Source of the DNA: Eledone cirrhosa
Lineage: Eukaryota
Length of the DNA stretch: 64,000 bases
Direction of reading: 5' to 3'
NCBI GenBank assembly: GCA_964016885.1
Contig: OZ024763.1
Span: 7,006,001-7,070,000 of the forward strand
Shown here: one piece after another, positions 38,497-51,155 of the stretch
Layout: each line of letters opens with the position of its first letter
Position numbering within the stretch: the first letter of the stretch is position 1
Program-made: the position numbers and the translations under genes
Notes under the pieces: generated by a model
The model's input: the letters and a program-made list of their open reading frames with translations, nothing else
Told to the model about the DNA's origin: nothing
The model's database searches: none

Positions 38497-39002
38497 AGGT
38501 AGTGGCAATAGTAGTAGTAGTAGAGGTAGTGGCAATAGTAGTGGTAGTAGTAGAGGTAGTGGCAATAGTAGTAGTAGTAGTAGAGGTAGTGGCAATAGTA
38601 GTAGTAGTAGTAGTAGTAGTAGAGATAGTGGCAATAGTAGCAGTAGTAGTAGAGGTAGTAGTAGAGGTAGTGGCAATAGTAGTGGTAGTAGTAGAGGTAG
38701 TGGCAATAGTAGTAGTAGTAGTAGAGGTAGTGGCAATAGTAGTAGTAGTAGTAGAGGTAGTGGCAATAGTAGTAGTAGTAGTAGTAGAGGTAGTGGCAGT
38801 AGTAGTAGTAGTAGTAGAGGTAGTGGCAATAGTAGTAGTAGTAGTAGTAGAGGTAGTGGCAGTAGTAGTAGTAGTAGTAGTAGAGGTAGTGGCAATAGTA
38901 GTAGTAGTAGTAGTAGTAGAGGTAGAGGTAGTGGCAATAGTAGTAGTAGTAGTAGTAGAGGGAGTGGCAATAGTAGTAGTGGTAGTAGTGGTGGTGGTAG
39001 CA
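38464..39002. repeat. (AGT)n-based minisatellite with agaggtagtggcaat punctuations
   Basis: Read directly; source of the Ser/Leu/Val-rich ORFs. Confidence 0.95.
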
Positions 39003-39003
39003 G

Positions 39004-39460
39004 TGTCCCTATCATTAAAATACTCAATAAACCTCCAATGAGATACAACCTTAAAGGAGATCAGCTAAACCTACATGATGGGACTGTGGTCCCCTATCAT
39101 TAAAACACCCAAGAATTCTATGAGACAAAACCTTGTAAGAGGCCAACTATACCTACCAAGGTGTGAGCTGTAACAACACTGACTGGGGTCCTTATCATTA
39201 AAAAACCTAAGAAACCTCTATGAGGTAGAAACTTGTCTGGAAAGAGGGGGACAGCTAAACCTACATAGGTGTGATCTGTAACATGATAGGACTGGAGTCC
39301 CTATTATTAAAAATCCTGAGAAACCTCATAGGAGGCCAGCTAAACCTACATAGATTTGAGCTGTAACATGATAGGACTGGGGTCCCTATTAAAACACCCA
39401 AGAAACCTCCTATGAGATACAACCTAGGACTGGGGTCCCTATCATTAAAATACCCAAGAA
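39004..39460 (+). repeat. Degenerate array of the cagctaaacctaca / ggggtccctatcattaaaa repeat family
   Basis: Same motifs as 62265-63215 (plus) and 40995-41280 (minus). Confidence 0.8.
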
Positions 39461-39782
39461 ACAGATAGTTTACCCATCACTTACACACACACACACACAT
39501 GGGTATAAGCATACAGACACCTCCATACACCCTACCACATAGACCCCCCCTACATACACCCTACCACATAGACCCCCCCCCCACAGATTTAAAACAACAG
39601 TCCTCCAGTCTCTAAGACTTTTTTAAACAATCTAAATACTGTTTTTTCTAGGATTCACTTGAACCAGGTTGACCCCTTCTAAATCGTTACAAACTGAAGG
39701 TGAGGGGAGATGGCCCTTACTACAATACAGCCTTCAGACAGCATTTGAGTAAATATCCCCTCCACAACACCATCACCACACA

Positions 39783-40455
39783 TTCCCTCTGCACCACCAC
39801 CACCACTACAACCATCATCACCACCACCACCATCCCTTACTACAATATCCCCTCTGCAGCACTACCACCACCACTACAACCATCACCACCACCACCACCA
39901 TCCCTTACTACAATATCCCCTCTGCAGCACTACCACCACCACTACAACCACCACCACCACCACCATCCCTTACTACAATATCCCCTCTGCAGCACTACCA
40001 CCACCACTACAACCATCACCACCACCACCACCATCCCTTACTACAATATCCCCTCTGCAGCACTACCACCACCACTACAACCATCACCACCACCACCATC
40101 CCTTACTACAATATCCCCTCTGCAGCACTACCACCACCACTACAACCATCACCACCACCACCATCCCTTACTACAATATCCCCTCTGCAGCACTACCACC
40201 ACCACTACAACCATCACCACCACCACCACCATCCCTTACTACAATATCCCCTCTGCAGCACTACCACCACCACTACAACCATCACCACCACCACCACCAT
40301 CCCTTACTACAATATCCCCTCTGCAGCACTACCACCACCACTACAACCATCACCACCACCACCACCATCCCTTACTACAATATCCCCTCTGCAGCACTAC
40401 CACCACCACTACAACCATCACCACCACAACCATCCCTTACTACAATATCCCTTCC
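39783..40455. repeat. ~67-70-bp minisatellite with variable (ACC)n
   Basis: ccatcccttactacaatatcccctctgcagcact recurs ~9-10 times. Confidence 0.92.
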
Positions 40456-40994
40456 ACAGCAACAACAGTACCGCTACTACAATAACCACCACCACCAGTA
40501 TAGTAACCATCACCACCACCACTACAATAACCATCACCACCACCACCACCACCACCACCACCACCACTACAACAATAACCAAACCATCACCACCACCACC
40601 ACCTCTACCCTTACTACAATACACTCTGGTGAGTCTTTGATTATCCACCCTTCCCCCCATGGCCATCACTATTCACCAGGATACAGAGACTGTTTATCTA
40701 CCAATACAGCAGCAGAGATACTATCAGTATATATTGGAGTGGGTGGGGCTGGGTGTGGTGCCCCCACCCCCCCAACAATGGACCCTGTTGTTTCAGTTGA
40801 GATTGTTAAAGTAAATACACCAATGTTACCCTGCCCTCCCCCATATACCAGTGCCCCACAAAAACAGGTGGCCCAAACGTCAGTACACACTGAGGGCCAG
40901 TGTTGTTTTTATAGATTATACAGATACCCCCACCTCATGATTTTTTATCAGGGTTCCTTCAGAGTCCTTTCCAAAACAGGAATAAAGGAATTTA

Positions 40995-41280
40995 GGAGGC
41001 CCCAGTCATGTGGTGGTGGTGTTACAGCTCACACCTATGTAGGTTTAGCTGATGTCTTATGATAGGGTCCCCGAGTCCTGTGGTGGTGTTACAGCTCACA
41101 CCTATGTAGGTTTAGCTGATGTCTTATGATAGGGTCCCCGAGTCCTGTGGTGTTGTTACAGCTCACACCTATGTAGGTTTAGCTGATGTCTTATGATAGG
41201 GTCCCCAGGTCCTGTGGTGTTGTTACAGCTCACACCTATGTAGGTCTAGCTGATGTCTTATGATAGGGTCCCCGAGTCCT
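40995..41280 (-). repeat. 67-bp tandem repeat (4 copies) of the cagctaaacctaca family
   Basis: Period 67 (41021, 41088, 41155, 41222). Confidence 0.9.
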
Positions 41281-41424
41281 CTTGTGTAAAGTAACATGAA
41301 ATAAAGCATCTTGCTCAAGAACACAACCTAACACCTTACCCAGTCCAACAATCAAACCCCTGATATAAACATGAATTCAACACCTTAACCACTTGGCCAC
41401 AAGGTGTGGCTTATATTGCTTCTG

Positions 41425-41750
41425 CTGCACATGGTTACATCTGCGCTGCATAACTGCACATGGTTACATCTGTACTGCATAGCTACATATGACTACATTT
41501 ATATTGTATAACTGCACATGGTTACATCTGTGCTGCACAGCTGCACATGGTTACATCTGTGCTGCATAGCTGCACATGGTTACATCTATATTGTATAACT
41601 GCTTGTGGTTACATCTGTACTGCACAGCTGCACGTGGTTACATCTGTGCTGCGTAGCTGCACATGGTTACATCTATATTGTATAACTGCTTGTGGTTACA
41701 TCTGTACTGCACAGCTGCACGTGGTTACATTTGTGCTGCGTAGCTGCATG
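41425..41750. repeat. ~29-bp minisatellite (ctgcacatggttacatctgt..)
   Basis: Read directly. Confidence 0.9.
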
Positions 41751-42028
41751 TCATTATGACAAATGTATTTTTGCCACACCAATCTATCATAGATGGATGC
41801 AGTGTTTATTGAAGCAGGGATGTACGCATGCATTACATAACACATGCATGCACACATCGTTAGCATCATATATTTGCATGTATTTGTGTACAAATCTCAC
41901 ACATCTCGCTTACTTACATTTTTTCACAAACAGTTTACTGAGTGTATTTTACTGTGCCACATACACTAACAAATAACATGTTACTAACACCAATAAGATA
42001 ATTATTCAGCTTAGTACTCTATATTTAA

Positions 42029-42342
42029 CCCTTTATCATTTACATTACTCTATATATACAAAGAGTTACGGCCCTTTATGGTCTGAGTTCAAATCCCGCC
42101 GAGGTTAACTTTTCCTTTCATCCTTACGGGGTCGATAAAATAAAGTACCAGTAATGTACTGGGATAATTGTCGGCCTTGTGCCAAAAGTAGAAATAATTA
42201 CTCTATATATACTATTGTATTTTCATAGTAAAGGCTTTACCTCACATAATATTGAATCTATGAGATTTTAATATTTATTTTGAGAATAATACCTTAACAT
42301 CAGTATGAGTGGCCAGTTACAGCTGGTTTAAATGCTAAAGGG
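42029..42342 (-). mobile_element. piggyBac-like MITE family B interrupted by a 5'-truncated S1 SINE (42060-42196)
   Basis: TTAA-CCCTTT...TAAATGCTAAAGGG-TTGA; SINE flanked by 16-bp TSD ATTACTCTATATATAC (42044-42059, 42197-42212). Confidence 0.9.
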
Positions 42343-42374
42343 TTGAACAAATCTGTGTAATTGGACAAAAGAAA

Positions 42375-42618
42375 GTCTTCAGAGAAGAAACCCACCTCAA
42401 GCAACTGTTTTGGCCCTTAACTTGTGATTGTGTGTGTAGTAGTAAGACATTTGCAGGAGAGATGTGCAGCAGAAGGTCTTCAGAGAAGAAACCCACCTCA
42501 AGCAACTGTTTTGGCCCTTAACTTGTGATTGTGTGTGTAGTAGTAAGAAATTTGCAGGAGAGATGTGCAGCAGAAGGTCTTCAAAGAAGAAACCCACCTC
42601 AAGCAACTGTTTTGGGCC
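42375..42618. repeat. 101-bp tandem repeat (2.4 copies)
   Basis: Period 101 (42375, 42476, 42577). Confidence 0.9.
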
Positions 42619-42813
42619 TAAAATAATATATATAGTTCAAGAATAAACAAGACAAACACAGAGATACAAAGACACAGTCTTATTAGTTTCACACTTGGAA
42701 GAAGTAAATGAAGGTTTTGAGGTACCACCATCCTATATGACTGAATCTGACAAACCACAACATAGCTTCTGCAAAGTGCATTCTGAAACCATGCAACCAT
42801 TCCTGTTGTCTAG

Positions 42814-42863
<50 letters not shown>

Positions 42864-42866
42864 CAA

Positions 42867-42921
42867 ACTGCCTGAAGAGGTCACAGCCAAAGATGGCTGT
42901 CACTGAAATATATATAGCAGT
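42867..42921 (+). ncRNA. Minimal type I hammerhead ribozyme in a 110-bp insert between (TA)n tracts
   Basis: ACTGC-CTGAAGA-GGTCACAGCCA-AAGA-TGGCTGTCACT-GAA-ATATATAT-A-GCAGT-AATAAA; predicted cleavage after A42916. Confidence 0.88.
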
Positions 42922-42965
42922 AATAAACGAAGCTAAATTTTAATCATTTGACTTTTATTTAACTT

Positions 42966-43004
<39 letters not shown>

Positions 43005-43174
43005 CACCCAGTACTCACTGTAAATGAAGTTGGTGTTAGGAAGGGCATCCAGCTGTAGTAACTAAGCCAAAATCAGTTCTGTATGAGCAAGACATGGTCA
43101 TCTGACCTTGCATTGCCCACAACAGGACAACTCATCTAACCCATGTTACTGTGGAAAATGGATGTAGAACTGTG

Positions 43175-43185
43175 ATATGTGTGTG

Positions 43186-43216
<31 letters not shown>

Positions 43217-44020
43217 ATATATGTATGTTTATATACATGTTTATATATATGTGTGTGTGTGTATATGTATGTTTATATACATGTTTATATGAATATTTGT
43301 TTGTGTGTATATGTATGTTTATATACATGTGTTTATATATATGTGTGTGTGTGTGTATATGTATATTTATATACATGTATTTATATATATGTGTGTGTGT
43401 GTGTATATGTATATTTATATACATGTATTTATATATATGTGTGTGTGTGTGTATATGTATATTTATATACATGTATTTATATATGTGTGTGTGTGTGTGT
43501 ATGTATATTTATATACATGTATTTATATATGTGTGTGTGTATATATGTATGTTTATATACATGTTTATATATATGTGTGTGTGTGTATATATGTATGTTT
43601 ATATACATGTTTATATATATGTGTGTGTGTGTGTATATATGTATGTTTATATACATGTTTATATATATGTGTGTGTGTGTATATGTATGTTTATATACAT
43701 GTGTTTATATGAATATTTGTTTGTGTATATGTATGTTTATATACATGTGTTTATATGAATATTTGTTTGTGTGTATATGTATGTTTATATACATGTGTTT
43801 ATATATGTGTGTGTGTGTGTATATGTATATTTATATACATGTATTTATATATGTGTGTGTGTGTGTGTATATGTATGTTTATATACATGTATTTATATAT
43901 ATGTGTGTGTGTGTATATGTATGTTTATATACATGTATTTATATATGTGTGTGTGTGTATATGTATGTTTATATACATGTGTTTATATGAATATTTGTTT
44001 GTGTGTATATATGTATATAC
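43175..44020. repeat. TA/TG compound microsatellite-minisatellite
   Basis: Recurrent tttatatacatg units in (TG)n/(TA)n. Confidence 0.92.
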
Positions 44021-44167
44021 TGAGGTATATATGATTGTAATTCCAGGCAGTAAAAAAATACAGGTTTTTTTCCTTTGTCTTCTCAGTGTAAACTATATAA
44101 AAACCAAGTTAGTTTATAGTTTAACTAATTTGGTTTTTGATCAACTCATTTGTATTACTCTTCCTTG

Positions 44168-44970
44168 CATCTCTCTCCCACACCACCATCTCTCTCTCTC
44201 CTCTCCATCTCTCTCCCACCCCTCCATCTCTCTCCCACCCCTCCATCTCTCTCTCTCCTCTCCATCTCTCTCCCACCCCTCCATCTCTCTCCCACCCCTC
44301 CATCTCTCTCTCTCCTCTCCATCTCTCTCCCACCCCTCCATCTCTCTCTCTCCTCCCCATCTCTCTCTCTCTCCTCCCCATCTCTCTCCCACTCCTCTCC
44401 ATCTCTCTCCCACTCCTCTCCATCTCTCTCCCACTCCTCTCCATCTCTCTCCCACTCCTCTCCATCTCTCTCCCACTCCTCTCCATCTCTCTCCCACTCC
44501 TCTCCATCTCTCTCCCACTCCTCTCCATCTCTCTCCCACTCCTCTCCATCTCTCTCCAACTCCTCTCCATCTCTCTCCCACTCCTCTCCATCTCTCTCCC
44601 ACTCCTCTCCATCTCTCTCCCACTCCTCCATCTCTCTCTCTCACTCCTCCATCTCTCTCTCTCCTCTCCATCTCTCTCTCTCCTCTCCATCTCTCTCTCT
44701 CCCACCCCTCCATCTCTCTCTCTCCCACCCTCCATCTCTCTCTCCCACCCTCCATCTCTCTCTCCCACCCCCCATCTCTCTCTCCCACCCCCCATCTCTC
44801 TCTCCCACCCCTCCATCTCTCTCTCTCCCACCCCTCCATCTCTCTCTCCCACCCCTACATCTCTCTCCCACCCCTACATCTCTCTCCCACCCCTCCATCT
44901 CTCTCCCACCCCTCCATCTCTCTCTCCCACCTCTCCATACCTCTCCATCTCTCTCTCCTCTCCATCTCAC
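44168..44970. repeat. Polypyrimidine minisatellite (ctccatctctctcccac..)
   Basis: Read directly. Confidence 0.95.
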
Positions 44971-45064
44971 CTGCCTCTTTCATTTTGCACCCTCTGCCCC
45001 CATAATGAAGGACCTGAAAAACCAGTAAGATGGCTTGCTACCAACCACTACTACATCATATATA

Positions 45065-45166
45065 CAGGGTGTCCCCAAAAAATGTATACACACTTCAATA
45101 GCATTCTAATAAATATTGCCTTAACAGGTAAAGTGAATGTGTATACATTTTTGAGGGGATACACTG
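45065..45166. mobile_element. Tiny Tc1/mariner-like MITE
   Basis: TA-CAGGGTGTCCCCAAAAAATGTATACACA...TGTGTATACATTTTTGAGGGGATACACTG-TA. Confidence 0.82.
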
Positions 45167-45307
<141 letters not shown>

Positions 45308-45767
45308 ATATATATGTGTGTGTGTGTGTATATATGGCCATGAAACAGCACAAGGAGTTATATAGGTAGATAGACACACACACACACACACGTGTGTGTG
45401 TGTGTGTGTGTATAGTAGACATGATGGTTTAATGTGAAGTAATTTAAAATCTGTGAAACAGGAGCAGGAAAACCACTTTAATAATGACTGTATTTAATTT
45501 GATATAGTTCTATATTAGCTGGGGGCAATAGGGAGAGCCAGTTTTATATAATTACATTGTTGTTTGTATTATTTCAGTAAATATTATAGTCATATAGGTG
45601 TGGGGGATGGTAGGGGGTTACAGTACACGTGGGGGCTGGAAAATAGTTATGTGTGAAAATATGAGGAAATGGTTGTGGGTGTTATACAATGGAGAGATTA
45701 GTAAATTTGATAAAATCATGAAATAACTGAGAATTATAAATCCCTGGGGCTAGTAAAGAAATAATAA

Positions 45768-46300
45768 TTGTTTCTACTTTGGGCACAAGGCCAGCAATTA
45801 CCTCAGTACATTACTGGTACTTTATTTTATCGACCCCGTAAGGATGAAAGGCAAAGTTAACTTCGGGGGGGGATTTGAAGTCGGACCATAAAGGGGCGTA
45901 ACTCTATGCTGCAAAGCATGGCGTCCGACTCTCTACCGATACTGCCAATCCCCAATAATGATGATTATTATTATGGTGGATTGGCAGTAATCGGTAGAGC
46001 GTCAGACACCATGCTTGGTAGCATAGAGTTACGCCCCTTTAAGGTCTGAGATCAAATCCTGCCAAGGTTAGCTTTACCTTTTATTTTTATGAGGTTGATA
46101 AAATAAAGTACCAGTAATGTACTGAGGTAATTGCTGGCCTTGTGCCAAAAGTAGAAACATTATGTTGGTGGTGGATTAGCAGAACCAGTTCAATGTTGCA
46201 CAACATGCTTTGTGGCAGAGTTACGGCCCTTTACGATCTGAGTTCAAATCCCGCCGAGGTTAACTTTGCCTTTCATCCTTACGGGGTGGATAACATAAAG
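45768..46300. mobile_element. S1 SINE cluster: minus copy (45768-45952) head-to-head with plus copy (45974-46158), then a partial plus copy
   Basis: Each copy matches 14385-14571. Confidence 0.9.
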
Positions 46301-46339
46301 TAACAATAGCTAACATTCTATTTCTCTCTCTGTCAGTGA

Positions 46340-46948
46340 CACAACAAAAGGCTCCCAGTCCACCCTGTAAATGTGGTTGTGTAGGAGACATGGTAAAAGG
46401 CTCCCAGTCCACACTGTAAATGTGGTTGTGTAGGAGACACGGTAAAAGGCTCCCAGTCCACCCTGTAAAGTGGTCGTGTAGGAGACACGGTAAAAGGCTC
46501 CCAGTCCACCCTGTAAAGTGGTCGTGTAGGAGACACGGTAAAAGGCTCCCAGTCCACCCTGTAAAGTGGTTGTGTAGGAGACATGGTAAAAGGCTCCCAG
46601 TCCACCCTGTAAAGTGGTTGTGTAGGAGACACGGTAAAAGGCTCCCAGTCCACCCTGTAAAGTGGTTGTGTAGGAGACACGGTAAAAGGCTCCCAGTCCA
46701 CACTGTGAAGTGGTCATGTAGGAGACACGGTAAAAGGCTCTCAGTCCACACTGTAAATGTGGTTGTGTAGGAGACACGGTAAAAGGCTCCCAGTCCACAC
46801 TGTAATGTGGGTGGTGTTAGGAAGGGCATCCAGCTGTAGAAAACCTGCCAGAGACACTGTCTCCTGACCAATCCCGCATCAAATAGAACAAAACAGTCTA
46901 ACCCATGCTAGAATGGAAGATGGACGTTAAACGATGATGATGATGATA
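46340..46948 (+). mobile_element. SINE 3' module with internal 48-bp minisatellite (~10 units) and (TGA)n tail
   Basis: aaaaggctcccagtccaccctgtaaagtggttgtgtaggagacacggt units, then gttaggaagggcatccagctgtag..tggacgttaaacgatgatgatg. Confidence 0.88.
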
Positions 46949-47079
46949 TTTAGTTATGCCAAAGTCTCTGGGGAGGAATACAAGCTAATAGAGTTTCGCA
47001 ATAACTTTTTCTTTTTTTCTATTATATATATATATCTATATATATCTATATATATATATAGGGTGTGTGTGCATTGTAT

Positions 47080-48962
47080 ATGTGATGTGTATGTATCGTG
47101 TGTGGTGTGTATGTATCGTGTGTGGTGTGTATGTATCGTGTGTGATGTGTATGTATCGTGTGTGATGTGTATGTATCGTGTGTGGTGTGTATGTATCGTG
47201 TGTGGTGTGTATGTATCGTGTGTGGTGTGTATGTATCGTGTGTGGTGTGTATGTATCGTGTGTGTGGTGTGTATGTATCGTGTGTGTGGTGTGTATGTAT
47301 CGTGTGTGTGGTGTGTATGTATCGTGTGTGTGGTGTGTATGTATCGTGTGTGTGGTGTGTATGTATCGTGTGTGGTGTGTATGTATCGTGTGTGGTGTGT
47401 ATGTATCGTGTGTGGTGTGTATGTATCGTGTGTGGTGTGTATGTATCGTGTGTGGTGTGTATGTATCGTGTGTGGTGTGTATGTATCGTGTGTGGTGTGT
47501 ATGTATCGTGTGTGGTGTGTATGTATCGTGTGTGGTGTGTATGTATCGTGTGTGGTGTGTATGTATCGTGTGTGGTGTGTATGTATCGTGTGTGTGGTGT
47601 GTATGTATCGTGTGTGTGGTGTGTATGTATCGTGTGTGATGTGTATGTATCGTGTGTGATGTGTATGTATCGTGTGTGATGTGTATGTATCGTGTGTGGT
47701 GTGTATGTATCGTGTGTGGTGTGTATGTATCGTGTGTGTGGTGTGTATGTATCGTGTGTGATGTGTATGTATCGTGTGTGTGGTGTGTATGTATCGTGTG
47801 TGTGATGTGTATGTATCGTGTGTGTGGTGTGTATGTATCGTGTGTGGTGTGTATGTATCGTGTGTGGTGTGTATGTATCGTGTGTGGTGTGTATGTATCG
47901 TGTGTGATGTGTATGTATCGTGTGTGGTGTGTATGTATCGTGTGTGTGGTGTGTATGTATCGTGTGTGGTGTGTATGTATCGTGTGTGTGGTGTGTATGT
48001 GGTGTGTGTGTATCGTGTGTGGTGTGTATGTATCGTGTGTGTGGTGTGTATGTATCGTGTGTGTGGTGTGTATGTATCGTGTGTGGTGTGTATGTATCGT
48101 GTGTGGTGTGTATGTATCGTGTGTGTGGTGTGTATGTATCGTGTGTGGTGTGTATGTATCGTGTGTGGTGTGTATGTATCGTGTGTGATGTGTATGTATC
48201 GTGTGTGGTGTGTATGTATCGTGTGTGTGGTGTGTATGTATCGTGTGTGGTGTGTATGTATCGTGTGTGTGGTGTGTATGTGGTGTGTGTGTATCGTGTG
48301 TGGTGTGTATGTATCGTGTGTGGTGTGTATGTATCGTGTGTGTGGTGTGTATGTATCGTGTGTGGTGTGTATGTATCGTGTGTGTGGTGTGTATGTGGTG
48401 TGTGTGTATCGTGTGTGGTGTGTATGTATCGTGTGTGGTGTGTATGTATCGTGTGTGTGGTGTGTATGTATCGTGTGTGGTGTGTATGTATCGTGTGTGG
48501 TGTGTATGTATCGTGTGTGTGGTGTGTATGTATCGTGTGTGTGGTGTGTATGTATCGTGTGTGGTGTGTATGTATCGTGTGTGGTGTGTATGTATCGTGT
48601 GTGTGGTGTGTATGTATCGTGTGTGGTGTGTATGTATCGTGTGTGTGGTGTGTATGTGGTGTGTGTGTATCGTGTGTGGTGTGTATGTATCGTGTGTGGT
48701 GTGTATGTATCGTGTGTGTGGTGTGTATGTATCGTGTGTGGCGTGTATGTATCGTGTGTGGTGTGTATGTATCGTGTGTGGTGTGTATGTATCGTGTGTG
48801 TGGTGTGTATGTATCGTGTGTGTGGTGTGTATGTATCGTGTGTGGTGTGTATGTATCGTGTGTGGTGTGTATGTATCGTGTGTGGTGTGTATGTATCGTG
48901 TGTGATGTGTATGTATCGTGTGTGGTGTGTGGTGTGTATGTATCGTGTGTGTGGTGTGTGAT
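47080..48962. repeat. 20/22-bp minisatellite (gtgtatgtatcgtgtgtggt)
   Basis: Read directly; source of the 651/685-aa HTY-rich ORFs. Confidence 0.98.
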
Positions 48963-49535
48963 GTAGTTTTGAAGACCGGAAAAGCTGGGCTGGGCTGGCA
49001 TGGTTCATCAATTATAAGTATGCTGCACTAAATTACTCCTTTGAAAGTTCCCTGAAGACCAACATTTCACACACTACACCCCACCCCCCACCCTCCCTCA
49101 CACCACCCAACCATTACCCCCTAACCATTACCCCCTCCACTACCCCTACCACAATATAAAACAGCAGGGTAGAGAGATATAATCACTTGTGGTTAGGCAG
49201 TTCGATTTACTATTGCAAGGCCTTTGGTTCGACTCCTGGGTTTGGCCGGGCCAGTGTATAGTAGTGGCCTTGGGCAAGATTACTTTTCTACTTTTCATTG
49301 TATGGATTGAAGCCCTACCATTAAAATACTTGATAAACCCTCATGAGAGAGGGCAACCTTGTAGAAAGCCAGCTAAACCTGCAGAGTCGGGAGCTGTAAA
49401 TTTCACGCACACGCACACACACTCACACACTCACACACACACAATTGTTTCATTTATTGGCCACAAGGGCCTATCTATCTATATATAAATATACGATATA
49501 TTAACAAATGGAAACTATATTTATAAAACCATATT

Positions 49536-49600
49536 TATTTCATTATACATATTTCAAGGACACCAAGTTAAATTATGGTGTGCTTTCATCAGATAAAATA
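49536..49600 (-). ncRNA. Minimal type I hammerhead ribozyme in a Penelope-like pLTR fragment (~49490-49640)
   Basis: Minus strand: TATTTTAT-CTGATGA-AAGCACACCA..TGGTGTCCTT-GAA-ATATGTAT-A-ATGAAATA; flanks align to the 8.3-8.5 kb arm. Confidence 0.82.
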
Positions 49601-51088
49601 TAATATAGAACAGTTTTATAAATAAATATTGACATACCCTTAAATAAATATATATATACAGATAGATATATATATGACCAAAATTGCGGGAGGACTCAAT
49701 AAGGGTTGTATGTGTGGGTATATATATATTTGTGTGTGTGTGTGCGCACAAAAGCGGGATCTTTTGAAAAACACACACGCATACACATATATAAACACAC
49801 ATACAATCAATAACCACCCACAAAAGCATCTCTCTCTTTCTCTCACATCATTCTGTTTGTATTAGCGACTGTATAACACCTCACTCCAACCCCCTGCTCC
49901 GCCCAACCCCACTCTGAAGTGGTACCAACTACAACATGCTTCTTTGCCCATCTTAAAACATTAACCCTTTACACATCCACATTAAAAATAGCTGTATAAA
50001 TGTGTGTTTCTTCCCCCTCTCTCTCTCTCTCATTTTCTCTCTCTCTCTCTCTCTCATTTTCTCTCTCTCTCTCTCTCATTTTCTCTCTCTCTCTCTCTCA
50101 TTTTCTCTCTCTCTCTCATTTTCTCTCTCTCTCTCATTTTCTCTCTCTCTCTCTCTACACACACACATATACATATATACGCACGCACACACATGCTTCT
50201 GTTTTAACTCCAAGCATGGTTTGTTTTGGCAGCTCTCTGTGTGTGTATTTTATCCACCCCTCCCTACTCACCCTCATCTACACCCCACACTCATAAATAA
50301 TTGTATTAATTTACTGCCAACCTTGGCCTCATTCATTATCAGCAACATGTAATAGGAAGGAGGCAGGCATAGCTGTGTGGTTAAGCAGTTTATTTTGCAA
50401 CCATGTGGATCTGTGTAGTCAGTTAAAACCCTGTCTCTTCCTGTCATTGGAAGGGCAGGGACGTTTCTGCCAGGAGTTGTGACTGACACAGACAGTATCA
50501 GCAATAGAAAGACCTGACCCCATCTAATGGTCAACACCTTTCCTCTGCCAGGAGTTGTCACTGACAGACAGTATCAGCAATAGAAAGACCTGACCTCATC
50601 TAATGGTCAACACCTTTCCTCTGCCAGGAGTTGTCACTGACAGACAGTATCAACAATGGAGAGACTAACGGAATAGGTATTTCCTTGGTCTGATCACCCA
50701 TTTACCTAAGTTAACATCTTCTGACCCTTCCTTACACAGCGTTCCAGTTTTTACTAATGTTATTTCTAAGCAATAGCAATTAACGAATTTCTTTCATTAA
50801 TTCCACTGCTCCAGATTAACTGCTGTAATAATTAGTGTGTTATTTAAAGACATTCCTGCTAATTAGTGCTGAAAGCTCTTGTTAAGAAAATATCTCTGAA
50901 TGTCAACCAAATCTCACAGCAATACGCTGTCTCCTACTTGTCTTCTCTTATAATCGAATACATCTCGAGATTTATTGAAGCCTCTCAAGTATTTCAGCTT
51001 CAGCTATTTACCTGCTGTCATCATCATCATCTACACACACACACACACACACCAAGCATGGAAAATGGATGTTAAACAGTGATAATGA

Positions 51089-51155
<67 letters not shown>

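Noticed and set aside
40637-41062. 141-aa non-repetitive-looking ORF
   Set aside because: No recognisable motif, non-ATG start, ends inside a tandem repeat.
46954-49011. 685-aa and 651-aa His/Thr/Tyr-rich ORFs and the opposite-strand Cys/Val ORFs
   Set aside because: Translations of a 20/22-bp minisatellite that lacks stops in several frames; no unique domain.
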